Part shown: piece by piece, positions 53,582 to 62,950 of the stretch
Layout of the letters: each line of letters starts with the position of its first letter
Numbering within the stretch: the stretch's first letter is position 1
Source of the DNA: Acidimicrobiia bacterium
GTDB lineage: Bacteria > Actinomycetota > Acidimicrobiia > Spongiisociales > UBA5794
Direction of reading: 5' to 3'
Length of the DNA: 64,000 bases
NCBI GenBank assembly: GCA_029287195.1
Contig: JARFRN010000249.1
Location: 20,352-84,351 of the forward strand
Position numbers and translations under genes: made by a program
Notes under the pieces: model-generated
Seen by the model: the letters and a program-made list of their open reading frames with translations, nothing else
Database searches by the model: none
What the model was told of the DNA's origin: nothing

Positions 53582-54556
53582 ATGGCGAAGTCGGTCCTGG
53601 TAACTCGGCAACCTCTAGGTCGGGCTCTCGAGATCATCTCGGCGGATGCTTCAGTGGACCTGTGGGGTGGCGACGTATCGATGCCGCGAGCGGAGTTGCT
53701 TGCTCGAGTGGCTTCTGTCGATGGCCTCTATTGCATGCTCAATGATCGAATCGACCGCGAGCTGCTGGCTGCGGCTCCGCAGCTGCGGGTCGTCTCGACG
53801 ATGGCCGTCGGTGTCGACAACATCGACCTGGCGGTGTGCACAAGGCGGGATGTAGTTGTTGGACACACGCCGGGAGTCCTTACCGAAGCCACTGCCGATC
53901 TGGCTGTTGCCCTGCTGCTGGCTACCGCCCGTCGTCTCGGTGAGGGGATCGAGCACGTCCGCTCCGGCAGGTGGGGAGAGTTCCAACCCGACCTGCTGCT
54001 CGGCCGGGATGTTCATTCCTCGGTGATCGGCATCGTGGGACCAGGCCGAATCGGCTCGGCCGTCGCCAGGCGAGCCGCCGGTTTCGGCGCCTCGATCCTG
54101 TACACGGGTCCCACGGCTAAACCGACGCTGGAACAGGAGTTCGGCGCAAAGCGTCGGGACCTATCGGGGCTGCTCAGCGAGGCTGATCATGTGATGTTGA
54201 CTGCACCCCTCAGGCCGGATACTCACCATCTCATCGATGCGTCTGCGCTGCGTCTGATGAAATCAACGGCAACACTCATCAATGTAGCCCGGGGACCGCT
54301 GGTCGATACGGCAGCGCTCTACGAAGCCTTGCGCTCGGGATGGATTGCCGCCGCCGGGCTCGATGTGACCGATCCCGAGCCGCTGCCGGCCGATCATCCG
54401 TTGCTCGGTCTACCCAACTGCGTTGTGCTTCCGCACCTGGGAAGCGCTTCCGTGCAAACCCGAACCGAGATGGCAGAGATGGCAGCAAGGAACCTCGTAC
54501 TCGGTCTCAACGGCGAGCCGATGGAGGCGTGTGCCAATCCCGAGGTCTATGCCTGA
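53582..54556 (+). CDS. D-isomer-specific 2-hydroxyacid dehydrogenase (glyoxylate/hydroxypyruvate reductase-like)
   Basis: NAD-binding IGIVGPGRIGSAVARR, with catalytic residues in RGPLVDTAAL and the following His. Confidence 0.85.
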   Translation: MAKSVLVTRQPLGRALEIISADASVDLWGGDVSMPRAELLARVASVDGLYCMLNDRIDRELLAAAPQLRVVSTMAVGVDNIDLAVCTRRDVVVGHTPGVLTEATADLAVALLLATARRLGEGIEHVRSGRWGEFQPDLLLGRDVHSSVIGIVGPGRIGSAVARRAAGFGASILYTGPTAKPTLEQEFGAKRRDLSGLLSEADHVMLTAPLRPDTHHLIDASALRLMKSTATLINVARGPLVDTAALYEALRSGWIAAAGLDVTDPEPLPADHPLLGLPNCVVLPHLGSASVQTRTEMAEMAARNLVLGLNGEPMEACANPEVYA

Positions 54557-54805
54557 TCGGGTGGGTACGCCTCCGGCGACCCTGGCGGGGTTCTCTGGTC
54601 GCATTGTTGTGGGCCGTAGGGCGAACAACTCGTGTTGCTGGAGCGTGTGTCAATCCGAGTCCTGTGACATGACTCCCACCCTTCGCTGGTTGTGCTGCGG
54701 TCGACCAGGATTCGAAACTCTGGGGTTCTGACTCAACTCTCGCGCGGGTGCGGCAGCTGCTCGGGGAATGCCTAGAGTCGATTAGCACGCAACCAGGCCC
54801 GACAC

Positions 54806-55636
54806 ATGGCGGACACCGCCCTACTCGCATCCCCGCTCCCCTTCGACTACGTCTTCTTTGACTGTGACAGCACGCTGAGCAGCATCGAGGGCATAGACGA
54901 ACTTGCCCGCATGAAGGGCAAATTCGACGAGATAAAGGCCATGACAGATGCCGCGATGGATGGCGAGGTCTATCTCGACGCAGTGTATGACCGACGTCTC
55001 GAGATACTTGCACCAACGCACGAGGAGATCGTGGCCATTGAGCCGCTCTATCGCTCGACCGTCGTCCGGCATGCTGCGGGCGTGATCGCGGCGTTGCAGG
55101 AGGTAGGCAAGGAAGTTTTCATTGTCTCTGGGGGACTGCTTGCCGCGGTCCGGCCGTTTGGGCGATGGCTCGGCGTTCCCCACGACCACATCCGGGCAGT
55201 GAGTCTCGAATACGACGAACTGAGCGGCGAATGGTGGGACTACCTGGCGGATCAATGGGATCAGCGCCTCGACGTCGAATACAAGGACTCGGAGGACACG
55301 CCACTGGTGCAAGCCAGCGGGAAGTCGGACGTTGTAGCCCAGATGCTTGGAGATCGCAGGGGGCGCTCGATTCTCGTCGGCGATGGCGTCAGCGACCTGG
55401 CAGCGCGTCATGTCGTTGATCTTTTCGTCGGTTTCACCGGCGTCGTGTCCCGTCCCCATGTTGTGGACCAGTCGGACGTGCTCGTTACGGCAGACTCGTT
55501 GGCCCCTCTGCTCTGTGTAGTGCTCACAGAATCGGAGCAACAAGCCCTTTCGGGTAGCGTGTATGGAGAGGTGTTGGAAGAGGGCCGTGCCCGGTTCCAG
55601 GCCGGCGAGGTCATCGTTCGGAAAGGCGCATCATGA
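54806..55636 (+). CDS. serB: Phosphoserine phosphatase-like HAD hydrolase
   Basis: HAD motif I FFDCDSTL, motif II SGG, and the motif III/IV region GDGVSD. It lies upstream of serA and overlaps it by 4 bp. Confidence 0.7.
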   Translation: MADTALLASPLPFDYVFFDCDSTLSSIEGIDELARMKGKFDEIKAMTDAAMDGEVYLDAVYDRRLEILAPTHEEIVAIEPLYRSTVVRHAAGVIAALQEVGKEVFIVSGGLLAAVRPFGRWLGVPHDHIRAVSLEYDELSGEWWDYLADQWDQRLDVEYKDSEDTPLVQASGKSDVVAQMLGDRRGRSILVGDGVSDLAARHVVDLFVGFTGVVSRPHVVDQSDVLVTADSLAPLLCVVLTESEQQALSGSVYGEVLEEGRARFQAGEVIVRKGAS

Positions 55637-57222
55637 CGTTCCGACTGCTCGTTACCGACGATTTATCTCCGGAAGCTGTGGACCTACTCGACGCCGATGA
55701 CGACATCGACTACGACGTTGTCAAGGGGCTGAGCCCCGAGCAGCTGGCCGAGCGGATCCCGGGTTATCACGGCTTGGTGGTCCGCAGCAGCGCCAGAGCT
55801 ACTGCCGAAGTGATTGCTGCGGGTGACACCCTCGAGGTCATCGGTCGGGCAGGGGTGGGTGTAGACAACATCGATCTGCGAGCGGCCAGCGAGCGGGGGG
55901 TAATCGTCATGAACACCCCCGGCGCCAACACGGTGGCAACTGCAGAGCACACTATGGCGCTGCTGCTTGCGATGTGCCGCAATGTCCCCATCGCCGTTGC
56001 CAGCCTGCGTGCCGGCAAATGGGAGAGGAAGAAATACAAGGGAGTCGAGCTCCGCGGCAAGACTCTTGGCATTATTGGCCTGGGTCGAATCGGGCGTAGG
56101 GTTGCTCGCCGCTGTCGCGCCTTTGGCATGGAAGTCATCTGCTTCGACCCCTACCTCAGCGACGACCGGGCTCACGAGATGCACCTCGAGCGAGTCGTAC
56201 TCGATGAGCTGTTGCAACGATCGGACTTCATCACGCTGCACGCTGCGTTGACTCCCAAGACTCGTGGGATGATCAACCGCCATGTCATTGCCAAGATGAA
56301 GCCGGGTGTCAGGATCGTCAACGCAGCCCGGGGCGGCCTCATCGATGAAGCCGCACTCGTGGAGGCACTCGAGAGCGGGCACGTGGCCGGGGCAGCCCTC
56401 GACGTGTTGACAAAGGAACCCCCGGACTTCGATAACCCGCTGCTGCACATGGACAACGTCGTGGTTACACCGCATCTGGCTGCCAGCACAGACGAAGCGC
56501 AGCGCGAGGTGGGGATTCAGATCGTCAAGCAGGTGATAGACGCCCTTCATGGTGTTGACTTTCGCAATGCGGTCAACATGCCTGTGGTCGACGGCCATGT
56601 GCTCAAGGAGCTTCGCCCGTTTCTGTCGATGGCCGAACGTCTCGGCAGCCTGCAGACCCAGCTCGCCGAGGATGCCATTACCAAGGTGGAAGTCGCCGTC
56701 GAGGGTGAGGTCATCGACGACTACATCAAACCGATTACCGTTGCATTACTCAAAGGACTGCTCGAACCGGTACCGACGGGATCGGTCAACTACGTCAACG
56801 CGCCACACGTGGCGATGACTCGGGGCATCGTTGTTTCCCAGACAACGGGTCTGCACACGACCGACTACCCCAACATCATCTCCTGCCGGGTCGAGTGGAG
56901 CGGGGGTAAACGCACGATTGCCAGCACGCTCTTCAGCCATGATGAACCGCGCATCGTGGACGTCGACGGCTTGCGGATCGACGTGATTCCCGAGGGCACC
57001 ATCCTGGTCTCGTGGAGCCGCGATGAGCCGGGTTTCATCGGGAAAGTGGGCACACTGCTGGGCGACCGGGGAATCAACATCGCTACCTGGCGCACAGGTC
57101 GGTCGGGGAAAGGGGAGAAGGCGCTTTCGTTCATCTCCGTCGACTCGGATGTGCCGGATGAGATCATCACAAAGCTGGCCGAGCTCGCATGGGTGGAGCG
57201 CATCAGTAAAGTGAGATTCTGA
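55633..57222 (+). CDS. serA: D-3-phosphoglycerate dehydrogenase (long form with ASB and ACT domains)
   Basis: GIIGLGRIGRRVARR, an RGG motif, and a C-terminal ACT domain (GTILVSWSRDEPGFIGKVGTLLGDRGINI). Confidence 0.9.
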   Translation: MTFRLLVTDDLSPEAVDLLDADDDIDYDVVKGLSPEQLAERIPGYHGLVVRSSARATAEVIAAGDTLEVIGRAGVGVDNIDLRAASERGVIVMNTPGANTVATAEHTMALLLAMCRNVPIAVASLRAGKWERKKYKGVELRGKTLGIIGLGRIGRRVARRCRAFGMEVICFDPYLSDDRAHEMHLERVVLDELLQRSDFITLHAALTPKTRGMINRHVIAKMKPGVRIVNAARGGLIDEAALVEALESGHVAGAALDVLTKEPPDFDNPLLHMDNVVVTPHLAASTDEAQREVGIQIVKQVIDALHGVDFRNAVNMPVVDGHVLKELRPFLSMAERLGSLQTQLAEDAITKVEVAVEGEVIDDYIKPITVALLKGLLEPVPTGSVNYVNAPHVAMTRGIVVSQTTGLHTTDYPNIISCRVEWSGGKRTIASTLFSHDEPRIVDVDGLRIDVIPEGTILVSWSRDEPGFIGKVGTLLGDRGINIATWRTGRSGKGEKALSFISVDSDVPDEIITKLAELAWVERISKVRF

Positions 57223-57261
57223 GGGACGCCGACCGCCCGACGCGGTACCCTCAAAGGAGGA

Positions 57262-58422
57262 ATGAAAGTCGCCAATCGTGCCTCCGTTGCCCCGTTCTAC
57301 GTCATGGAAGTGATGAAGGCGGCAGCTGAACGAGAGCGCACTACGGGTGATGTGCTTCATCTGGAGGTCGGTCAGCCGAGTACCCCGGCGCCCGCCGCGG
57401 TGCTGGCTGCCGCCCATGCGGCACTCGACTCCAACCGGCTCGGGTACACGGCTGCAACCGGTGTAGAAGAACTGAAGGACCGTATTGCGGTTTACTACGA
57501 GGAGCGATACGGCCTAGAAGTTTCCCCGGCCCGGATCGTGGTGACGATGGGAGCTTCCGGGGGCTTCGTGCTCACTTTCCTGGCTGCGTTTGATGTGGGT
57601 GACCGGGTGGCGGTCACCCAGCCCGGCTATCCCTGCTACCGCAATACTCTCGAGGCATTCGGGGTAGAGGTGGTGGCCATCCCCGTCGGGCCCGAAACCC
57701 GGTTTGTGCCGACTAGCCGCCTTCTCGAGCATTCCGGACCCCTCGACGGCTTGATGGTGGCAAGCCCTGCCAATCCGACGGGGACCGCACTGACCTCGGA
57801 CGAATTGGCCGACATCGCCACCTACTGCCGCAGCAATGGTGTTCGCCTGATTGCCGACGAGATCTATCACGGTATCGAGTACGGCGCCCAGATCCCGACC
57901 GCACTTTCTATCGAGCCCGACGCCGTCGTGCTGCAGAGCTTCTCCAAGTACTTCTCGATGACGGGATGGCGGCTGGGATGGGTCATCGCCCCGGAGGAAC
58001 TCATCCGTCCCATGGAGCGCCTTGCGCAGAACCTCTTCATTGCTCCACCGACGCTGTCGCAGCTCGCGGCGGTCGCCGCTTTCGATGCCGTCGATGAGTT
58101 GGATCGCAACGTAGCCCGATACGCCGAGAACCGCCGGGTGCTCATCGACGGCCTCGGAGCAGTCGGTCTCGATCACTTCGCATCGCCGGATGGGGCGTTC
58201 TACTTCTACATCGACGTCTCCCATCTCACCGATGACAGTCAAGAGTTGTGCGCCACTTGGCTCGACGAGCTTGGTGTTGCCTGCACCCCCGGCATCGACT
58301 TCGACCCGGAGCAGGGCCATCGCTATGTGCGGTTGTCGTACAGCGAATCGACGAAGGACGTCAGGACGGCGACAGAGCGGATTGCGGGCTGGGTGAGCGA
58401 GTTCGACTCAAATCCTGGGTGA
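57262..58422 (+). CDS. PLP-dependent aminotransferase, class I (AspC-like)
   Basis: The PLP lysine in SFSKYFSMTGWRLGW, NPTG, and YGLE near the N-terminus. Confidence 0.85.
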   Translation: MKVANRASVAPFYVMEVMKAAAERERTTGDVLHLEVGQPSTPAPAAVLAAAHAALDSNRLGYTAATGVEELKDRIAVYYEERYGLEVSPARIVVTMGASGGFVLTFLAAFDVGDRVAVTQPGYPCYRNTLEAFGVEVVAIPVGPETRFVPTSRLLEHSGPLDGLMVASPANPTGTALTSDELADIATYCRSNGVRLIADEIYHGIEYGAQIPTALSIEPDAVVLQSFSKYFSMTGWRLGWVIAPEELIRPMERLAQNLFIAPPTLSQLAAVAAFDAVDELDRNVARYAENRRVLIDGLGAVGLDHFASPDGAFYFYIDVSHLTDDSQELCATWLDELGVACTPGIDFDPEQGHRYVRLSYSESTKDVRTATERIAGWVSEFDSNPG

Positions 58423-58597
58423 CTCAACGAATCGCTGAGCTGTGTGGCCTCCCGCTGTGTCCGATCCTGCAACTCCTTGCACGATATTTCGTGCACAGTC
58501 CCGAGAAGAACCATGTGCCAGGCGGTCGTTCGCCTCTGCTTTTCGCGCTCTAAGCGAAAACCAGTTGAACCCCCTGCCCTGCAGGTCGTAACATGGC

Positions 58598-58626
58598 AAA
58601 ACTGAATACTGATTCAGTATTCAGTT
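58598..58626 (+). promoter_or_regulatory. Perfect 29-bp palindrome (14-1-14) upstream of the TetR gene; candidate TetR operator
   Basis: AAACTGAATACTGA-T-TCAGTATTCAGTTT lies 22 bp upstream of the first possible TetR start and is locally AT-rich. Confidence 0.5.
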
Positions 58627-58647
58627 TCTCGGAGGAGGGACCGAGAC

Positions 58648-59286
58648 ATGGAGGGAGGAGGAATGGCTGATATCGTTGCGGCTGGTCACAAGCCGCCGGC
58701 TACGGCAAAGGGCCGCGCCACCCGCCAAGCCATCCTCGAAGCTGCTGAAGAGGTCTTCGGCGAACTGAGCTACGACCGAGCCTCGATAGCCGAGATAACC
58801 CGGCGGGCCGGCGTCGCCCAGGGGACCTTCTACGTCTACTTCCCGGACAAAAAGGCTGCCTTCATAGAGTTGGTCCACGTTCTCAATCACAACCTGCGTC
58901 GGGCCATCTCGGAGGAAGTCGCCGGTCTGGAAAGCCGGTTCGAGGTGGAGCGCGTCGGATTTCGCACGTTCTTCGACTACGTCGTGCACCACCGTCCCCT
59001 CTACCGCATCGTGCGCGAGTCCGAGTTTGTCGATCCGGAAACACACAGATGGCATTACCACACGATTGCCGAGAGCTACATCCGCGGTCTCGCCAAGGCG
59101 CAAGGCGAAGGTCAGATAGCCGATCACGTTTCAGCCGAGACGATGGCGTGGGCGCTGATGGGTATCGCCGAACTCATCGGTGCCCGCTACGTCCAATGGG
59201 AAGGGCGTCCTCCCCCCGACGACATCCTCGACGAGGTCATGACCTTCATCGCCTGTGCCATCAGTGCGCCAAGGAGTGAGCAATGA
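58648..59286 (+). CDS. TetR/AcrR-family transcriptional regulator
   Basis: HTH RATRQAILEAAEEVFGELSYDRASIAEITRRAGVAQGTFYVYFPDKKAAF. The alternative start at 58663 has a stronger RBS (GGAGGGAGGAGGA). Confidence 0.85.
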   Translation: MEGGGMADIVAAGHKPPATAKGRATRQAILEAAEEVFGELSYDRASIAEITRRAGVAQGTFYVYFPDKKAAFIELVHVLNHNLRRAISEEVAGLESRFEVERVGFRTFFDYVVHHRPLYRIVRESEFVDPETHRWHYHTIAESYIRGLAKAQGEGQIADHVSAETMAWALMGIAELIGARYVQWEGRPPPDDILDEVMTFIACAISAPRSEQ

Positions 59287-60329
59287 CCGACGACTTCACG
59301 ATGGGCATCGTCTCCACGGGGATGTACCTACCGGAGACTGTGATGACGGCCGAGGAAATCGCCGAAGAGAGCGGTCTGCCCCTCTGGGTGGTGAACGAGA
59401 AGCTCGGCATCAACCAGAAGCACATCCCTGCTCCCGGCTTGCATCCAAATGCAATGGCCCTAGAAGCGGGGAAGCAGGCAATCGAAAAGGCCGGGATCGA
59501 CCCCAAGGAGATCGACGTTCTGCTCTGCACCACCGAGGAGTGGAAGGAATACAACCTGTGGACGGCCGGCATCGATCTCGCCTACGAACTCGGCGCAACC
59601 AACGCCTGGGGCATGGACATGCACATGCGCTGCGCCACCACCATCGCCGCCCTCAAGCTGTCGCGATCGCTGATGCGGGAGGACCCCGACATCGACACAA
59701 TCATGATCGCCGGCGGCTACGTCATCGGCCACTTCATCGACCACAGCAACCTGCGTACCTCGTTCCTGTTCAACATCGGAGCAGGGGCGGGTGCCATGAT
59801 CGTCAAACGAGACTGGCCCGAGAACCGTGTCCTCGGCACTCATCTCATGTCCGACGGATCGATGAGTCGCCACGTCATCGTCCCTGCTAGTGGCACCGTG
59901 AAACACCCCACCGACGAGGCGGTTGCCGCCGGCGAATTCAAGTTCGATTTGGTCGAGCCGGAGGCGATGAAGAACCGACTGAATGAAGTCAGCATCGACA
60001 ACTGGATGCACTGTGTCGATGAGGCGCTGCGCAAATCCGGATCCAAGTCGGACGGCACCCCCTACACCAGGGAAGACCTCGACTACCTGAACATGTTGCT
60101 GGTCAAGCCATCGGCCCACAAGCAGATACTCGATCTGCTGGGCCTTACCGAAGACCAGTCCTTCTACCAGAGTGATATCGGCCATATCGGCGAACAAGAC
60201 TCGATCATCTCGATCATCGAAGGGGAGCGCACCGGCAAGCTGAAGCCGGGCGACCTCATGGTCATCGTGGGAGCTGGGATCGGGTACGTCTGGGGCGCCG
60301 GTGTCGTGCAATGGGGAGCGCCCCGGTGA
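59283..60329 (+). CDS. 3-oxoacyl-ACP synthase III-like (KAS III / FabH-fold) condensing enzyme family protein
   Basis: Thiolase-fold pattern with candidate active-site Cys in MDMHMRCATT, the Gly-rich C-terminal IVGAGIGYVWGAG, and a FabH-like N-terminus GIVSTGMYLPE. Confidence 0.7.
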   Translation: MTDDFTMGIVSTGMYLPETVMTAEEIAEESGLPLWVVNEKLGINQKHIPAPGLHPNAMALEAGKQAIEKAGIDPKEIDVLLCTTEEWKEYNLWTAGIDLAYELGATNAWGMDMHMRCATTIAALKLSRSLMREDPDIDTIMIAGGYVIGHFIDHSNLRTSFLFNIGAGAGAMIVKRDWPENRVLGTHLMSDGSMSRHVIVPASGTVKHPTDEAVAAGEFKFDLVEPEAMKNRLNEVSIDNWMHCVDEALRKSGSKSDGTPYTREDLDYLNMLLVKPSAHKQILDLLGLTEDQSFYQSDIGHIGEQDSIISIIEGERTGKLKPGDLMVIVGAGIGYVWGAGVVQWGAPR

Positions 60330-61861
60330 GCTACGAACAGACCTCGCTGTACGTGACCGATTTCCTGGCGAAGCGAAGTCTACTCACCCCGGACCGGGTG
60401 GCGCTGGTCGAGGGACTCGGTGGACCGGAGATCACCTACCGGGAGTGGAACGAGCGCGTCAACCGCACGGCCAATTACCTGCGATCGATGGGCGTCGAGA
60501 AGGGTGATCGGGTCTCGGTATACGCCTCCAACTGCGCCGAATACCTCGACTTGTTCTGGGCGGCAGGGAAGATCGGCTTCGTACTGCACAACCTCAACTG
60601 GCGGCTGACGGTGCACGAACTCAGCCAAGTAGTTGCCGACGCCGAACCCGTAGCCCTCTTCTACAGTGACGATTGGCGGGATCGGGTCGAGGAGCTGCGG
60701 ACCTCCTTCACCACTATCCGCCATGTCGTAGCGTTCGGTCGGCCGCTTGCGGGCGATCGCAGCTTCGCAGAGCGAGACGAGTTTCCCAGCGAGCTCGACG
60801 GTCGTCCCGAGCTCGACATGGATGACATCTGGGGGATCTACTACACAGGCGGCACCACCGGTCTCCCCAAGGGGGCGATTCTCACCCACGGCAATCTCAC
60901 CTGGAATTCGGTGAATACGATCACCTCGTGGGGCCTCGCCGCCGATCACGTGGCCCCGCTGCAACTTCCCTTCTTCCACATCGGCGGGCCGAACATATTC
61001 ATGGTGCCGCTCGTCCACCTCGGTGGGAAGACGATCCTCTGCGCCGGGTTCGACATCGATGAGTCCTACGACCTCATCGAAAAGGGCGGGATCACTCACT
61101 ATGTGGCAGTCCCCACCATGTATCAGATGCTGCAGTCGCATCCCCGCTGGGAGGACGCCGATTTCTCGAAGCTGGCACTGGTGATATCGGGAGGGGCGCC
61201 GTGCCCGCTCCCGGTGATGCAGAAGTTCTGGGACCGCGGCATCGACTTCAAGATGGGTTACGGGCTCACTGAAGCCGCTGGCAACAACTTCTGGCTGCCT
61301 GCAGAACGGGTGCGCGACAAGACCACCTCTGTCGGATTCCCGATCATGCACATCGACATGAAGATCATCGACGAGGACGGCAACGAAGTCGGGCCCGACG
61401 AGACGGGGGAGCTTCTGATTCGCGGCCCGCACGTCACTCCCGGCTATTGGCGACGGTCCCAAGCGACGGCTGAGACCATCAAGGACGGCTGGCTGTACAC
61501 CGGAGATCTGGCCGTCAAGGACGAAGAGGGATTCTTCACCATCAAGGGCAGGTCCAAGGATATGTTCATTTCGGGCGGGGAGAATGTATACCCAGCCGAG
61601 GTCGAGTCGGTGATGCTGGCATACCCGGGGGTCGCCGAGGCGGCACTCGTCGGCATTCCGCACGAGACCTGGGGTGAAGTGGGCAAGGCGGTCCTAGTGC
61701 TCGAAGCCGGTGTCGGTTTCTCGGAGGATGCCTTCCGCGAGTTCCTCGGGGAACGGCTCGCCAGGTACAAGTTGCCGCAGACAGTTGTCGTGCTGTCGGA
61801 GATCCCAAAGACCGCTATCGGCAAGATCGACAAGAAGCTGCTCGCAGGAGAGTCATCATGA
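60311..61861 (+). CDS. Acyl-CoA synthetase / AMP-dependent ligase (fatty-acid-CoA ligase family)
   Basis: AMP-binding motif YYTGGTTGLPKGA, YGLTE, TGDL and the conserved Lys near KTAIGKIDKK. Confidence 0.85.
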   Translation: MGSAPVSYEQTSLYVTDFLAKRSLLTPDRVALVEGLGGPEITYREWNERVNRTANYLRSMGVEKGDRVSVYASNCAEYLDLFWAAGKIGFVLHNLNWRLTVHELSQVVADAEPVALFYSDDWRDRVEELRTSFTTIRHVVAFGRPLAGDRSFAERDEFPSELDGRPELDMDDIWGIYYTGGTTGLPKGAILTHGNLTWNSVNTITSWGLAADHVAPLQLPFFHIGGPNIFMVPLVHLGGKTILCAGFDIDESYDLIEKGGITHYVAVPTMYQMLQSHPRWEDADFSKLALVISGGAPCPLPVMQKFWDRGIDFKMGYGLTEAAGNNFWLPAERVRDKTTSVGFPIMHIDMKIIDEDGNEVGPDETGELLIRGPHVTPGYWRRSQATAETIKDGWLYTGDLAVKDEEGFFTIKGRSKDMFISGGENVYPAEVESVMLAYPGVAEAALVGIPHETWGEVGKAVLVLEAGVGFSEDAFREFLGERLARYKLPQTVVVLSEIPKTAIGKIDKKLLAGESS

Positions 61862-62919
61862 GCGTACCGACCCTCGATGGAATCACCGCGGAGGCAATCA
61901 CGACACGGCGGCTCGCCACCCGGGTGCTCACTGCCGGTCCGGCTTCCGGCACTCCGGTGCTGTTCCTACACGGCAACCTGTCATCCGCCACGTGGTGGGA
62001 AGAGACGATGTTGCGTCTCCCCGGCAGCTACCACGGGATCGCCCCGGACCAGCGCGGCTTCGGCCAAGCCGACCCTGCGGCCAAGGTCGACGCCACCCGT
62101 GGCATGGGCGACTTCGTCGACGACGCCGTTACCCTCATGGATCATCTTGGTCACGACCGGTTCCATCTCGTCGGCAACTCGCTTGGTGGCGTTACGGCCT
62201 GGTGGATGCTTGCCGACCATTCGGAGCGGATCCTGTCGGTGACCCAGGCCGATCCGGGATCGCCCTATGGATTCGGCGGCACCAAGAACGCGACGGGAAC
62301 ACCAACCACGGACGATTTTGCAGGTTCAGGCGGTGGGTTGATCAACCCGGAGCTGGTCCGGCTCATCTCTGAGGGTGACACTTCGACAGACTCGATGTTC
62401 TCGCCGCGGGCGGCGCTGCGATCCCTGGTTTGGAAGCCCCCATTCATTCCCGATAGGGAGGACGAATACGTGGCGGCGCTACTTCAGACCCACCTCGGCG
62501 AGGACGCCTACCCCGGCGACAAGGTGGTTTCTCCCAACTGGCCGTTCGTCGCCCCGGGGGATATGGGAGTCAACAACGCGCTCTCTCCGAAGTATGCGCT
62601 CGATGTGTCGCGAATGGTCGGTGCGGCGGCCAAGCCGCCGGTGCTTTGGGTCAGGGGGGCCCAGGACCTCGCGGTGTCCAACAACGCAGCATCCGACCCC
62701 GGCTCTTGGGGCCCAATGGGTTTGGTGCCGGGCTACCCGGGTGCAGAAACGTACCCACCCCAACCGATGCTCGACCAGATTCGCAAGGCCCTAGACGACT
62801 ACACCGCGACCGGCGGGCGCTACGAGGAGGTCGTTATAGACGACTGCGGTCATGTCCCATTCATCGAAAAGCCTGAAGAGTTCGACAAGGTCTTCCATGC
62901 CCAACTGGCAAATGGATGA
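61858..62919 (+). CDS. Alpha/beta-fold hydrolase
   Basis: HGN oxyanion region LFLHGNLSS, nucleophile elbow GNSLGG, and a C-terminal His in DDCGHVPF. Confidence 0.8.
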   Translation: MSVPTLDGITAEAITTRRLATRVLTAGPASGTPVLFLHGNLSSATWWEETMLRLPGSYHGIAPDQRGFGQADPAAKVDATRGMGDFVDDAVTLMDHLGHDRFHLVGNSLGGVTAWWMLADHSERILSVTQADPGSPYGFGGTKNATGTPTTDDFAGSGGGLINPELVRLISEGDTSTDSMFSPRAALRSLVWKPPFIPDREDEYVAALLQTHLGEDAYPGDKVVSPNWPFVAPGDMGVNNALSPKYALDVSRMVGAAAKPPVLWVRGAQDLAVSNNAASDPGSWGPMGLVPGYPGAETYPPQPMLDQIRKALDDYTATGGRYEEVVIDDCGHVPFIEKPEEFDKVFHAQLANG

Positions 62920-62950
62920 GAAACGAGAGAGGGAAAGAGGAGGAAAACGG

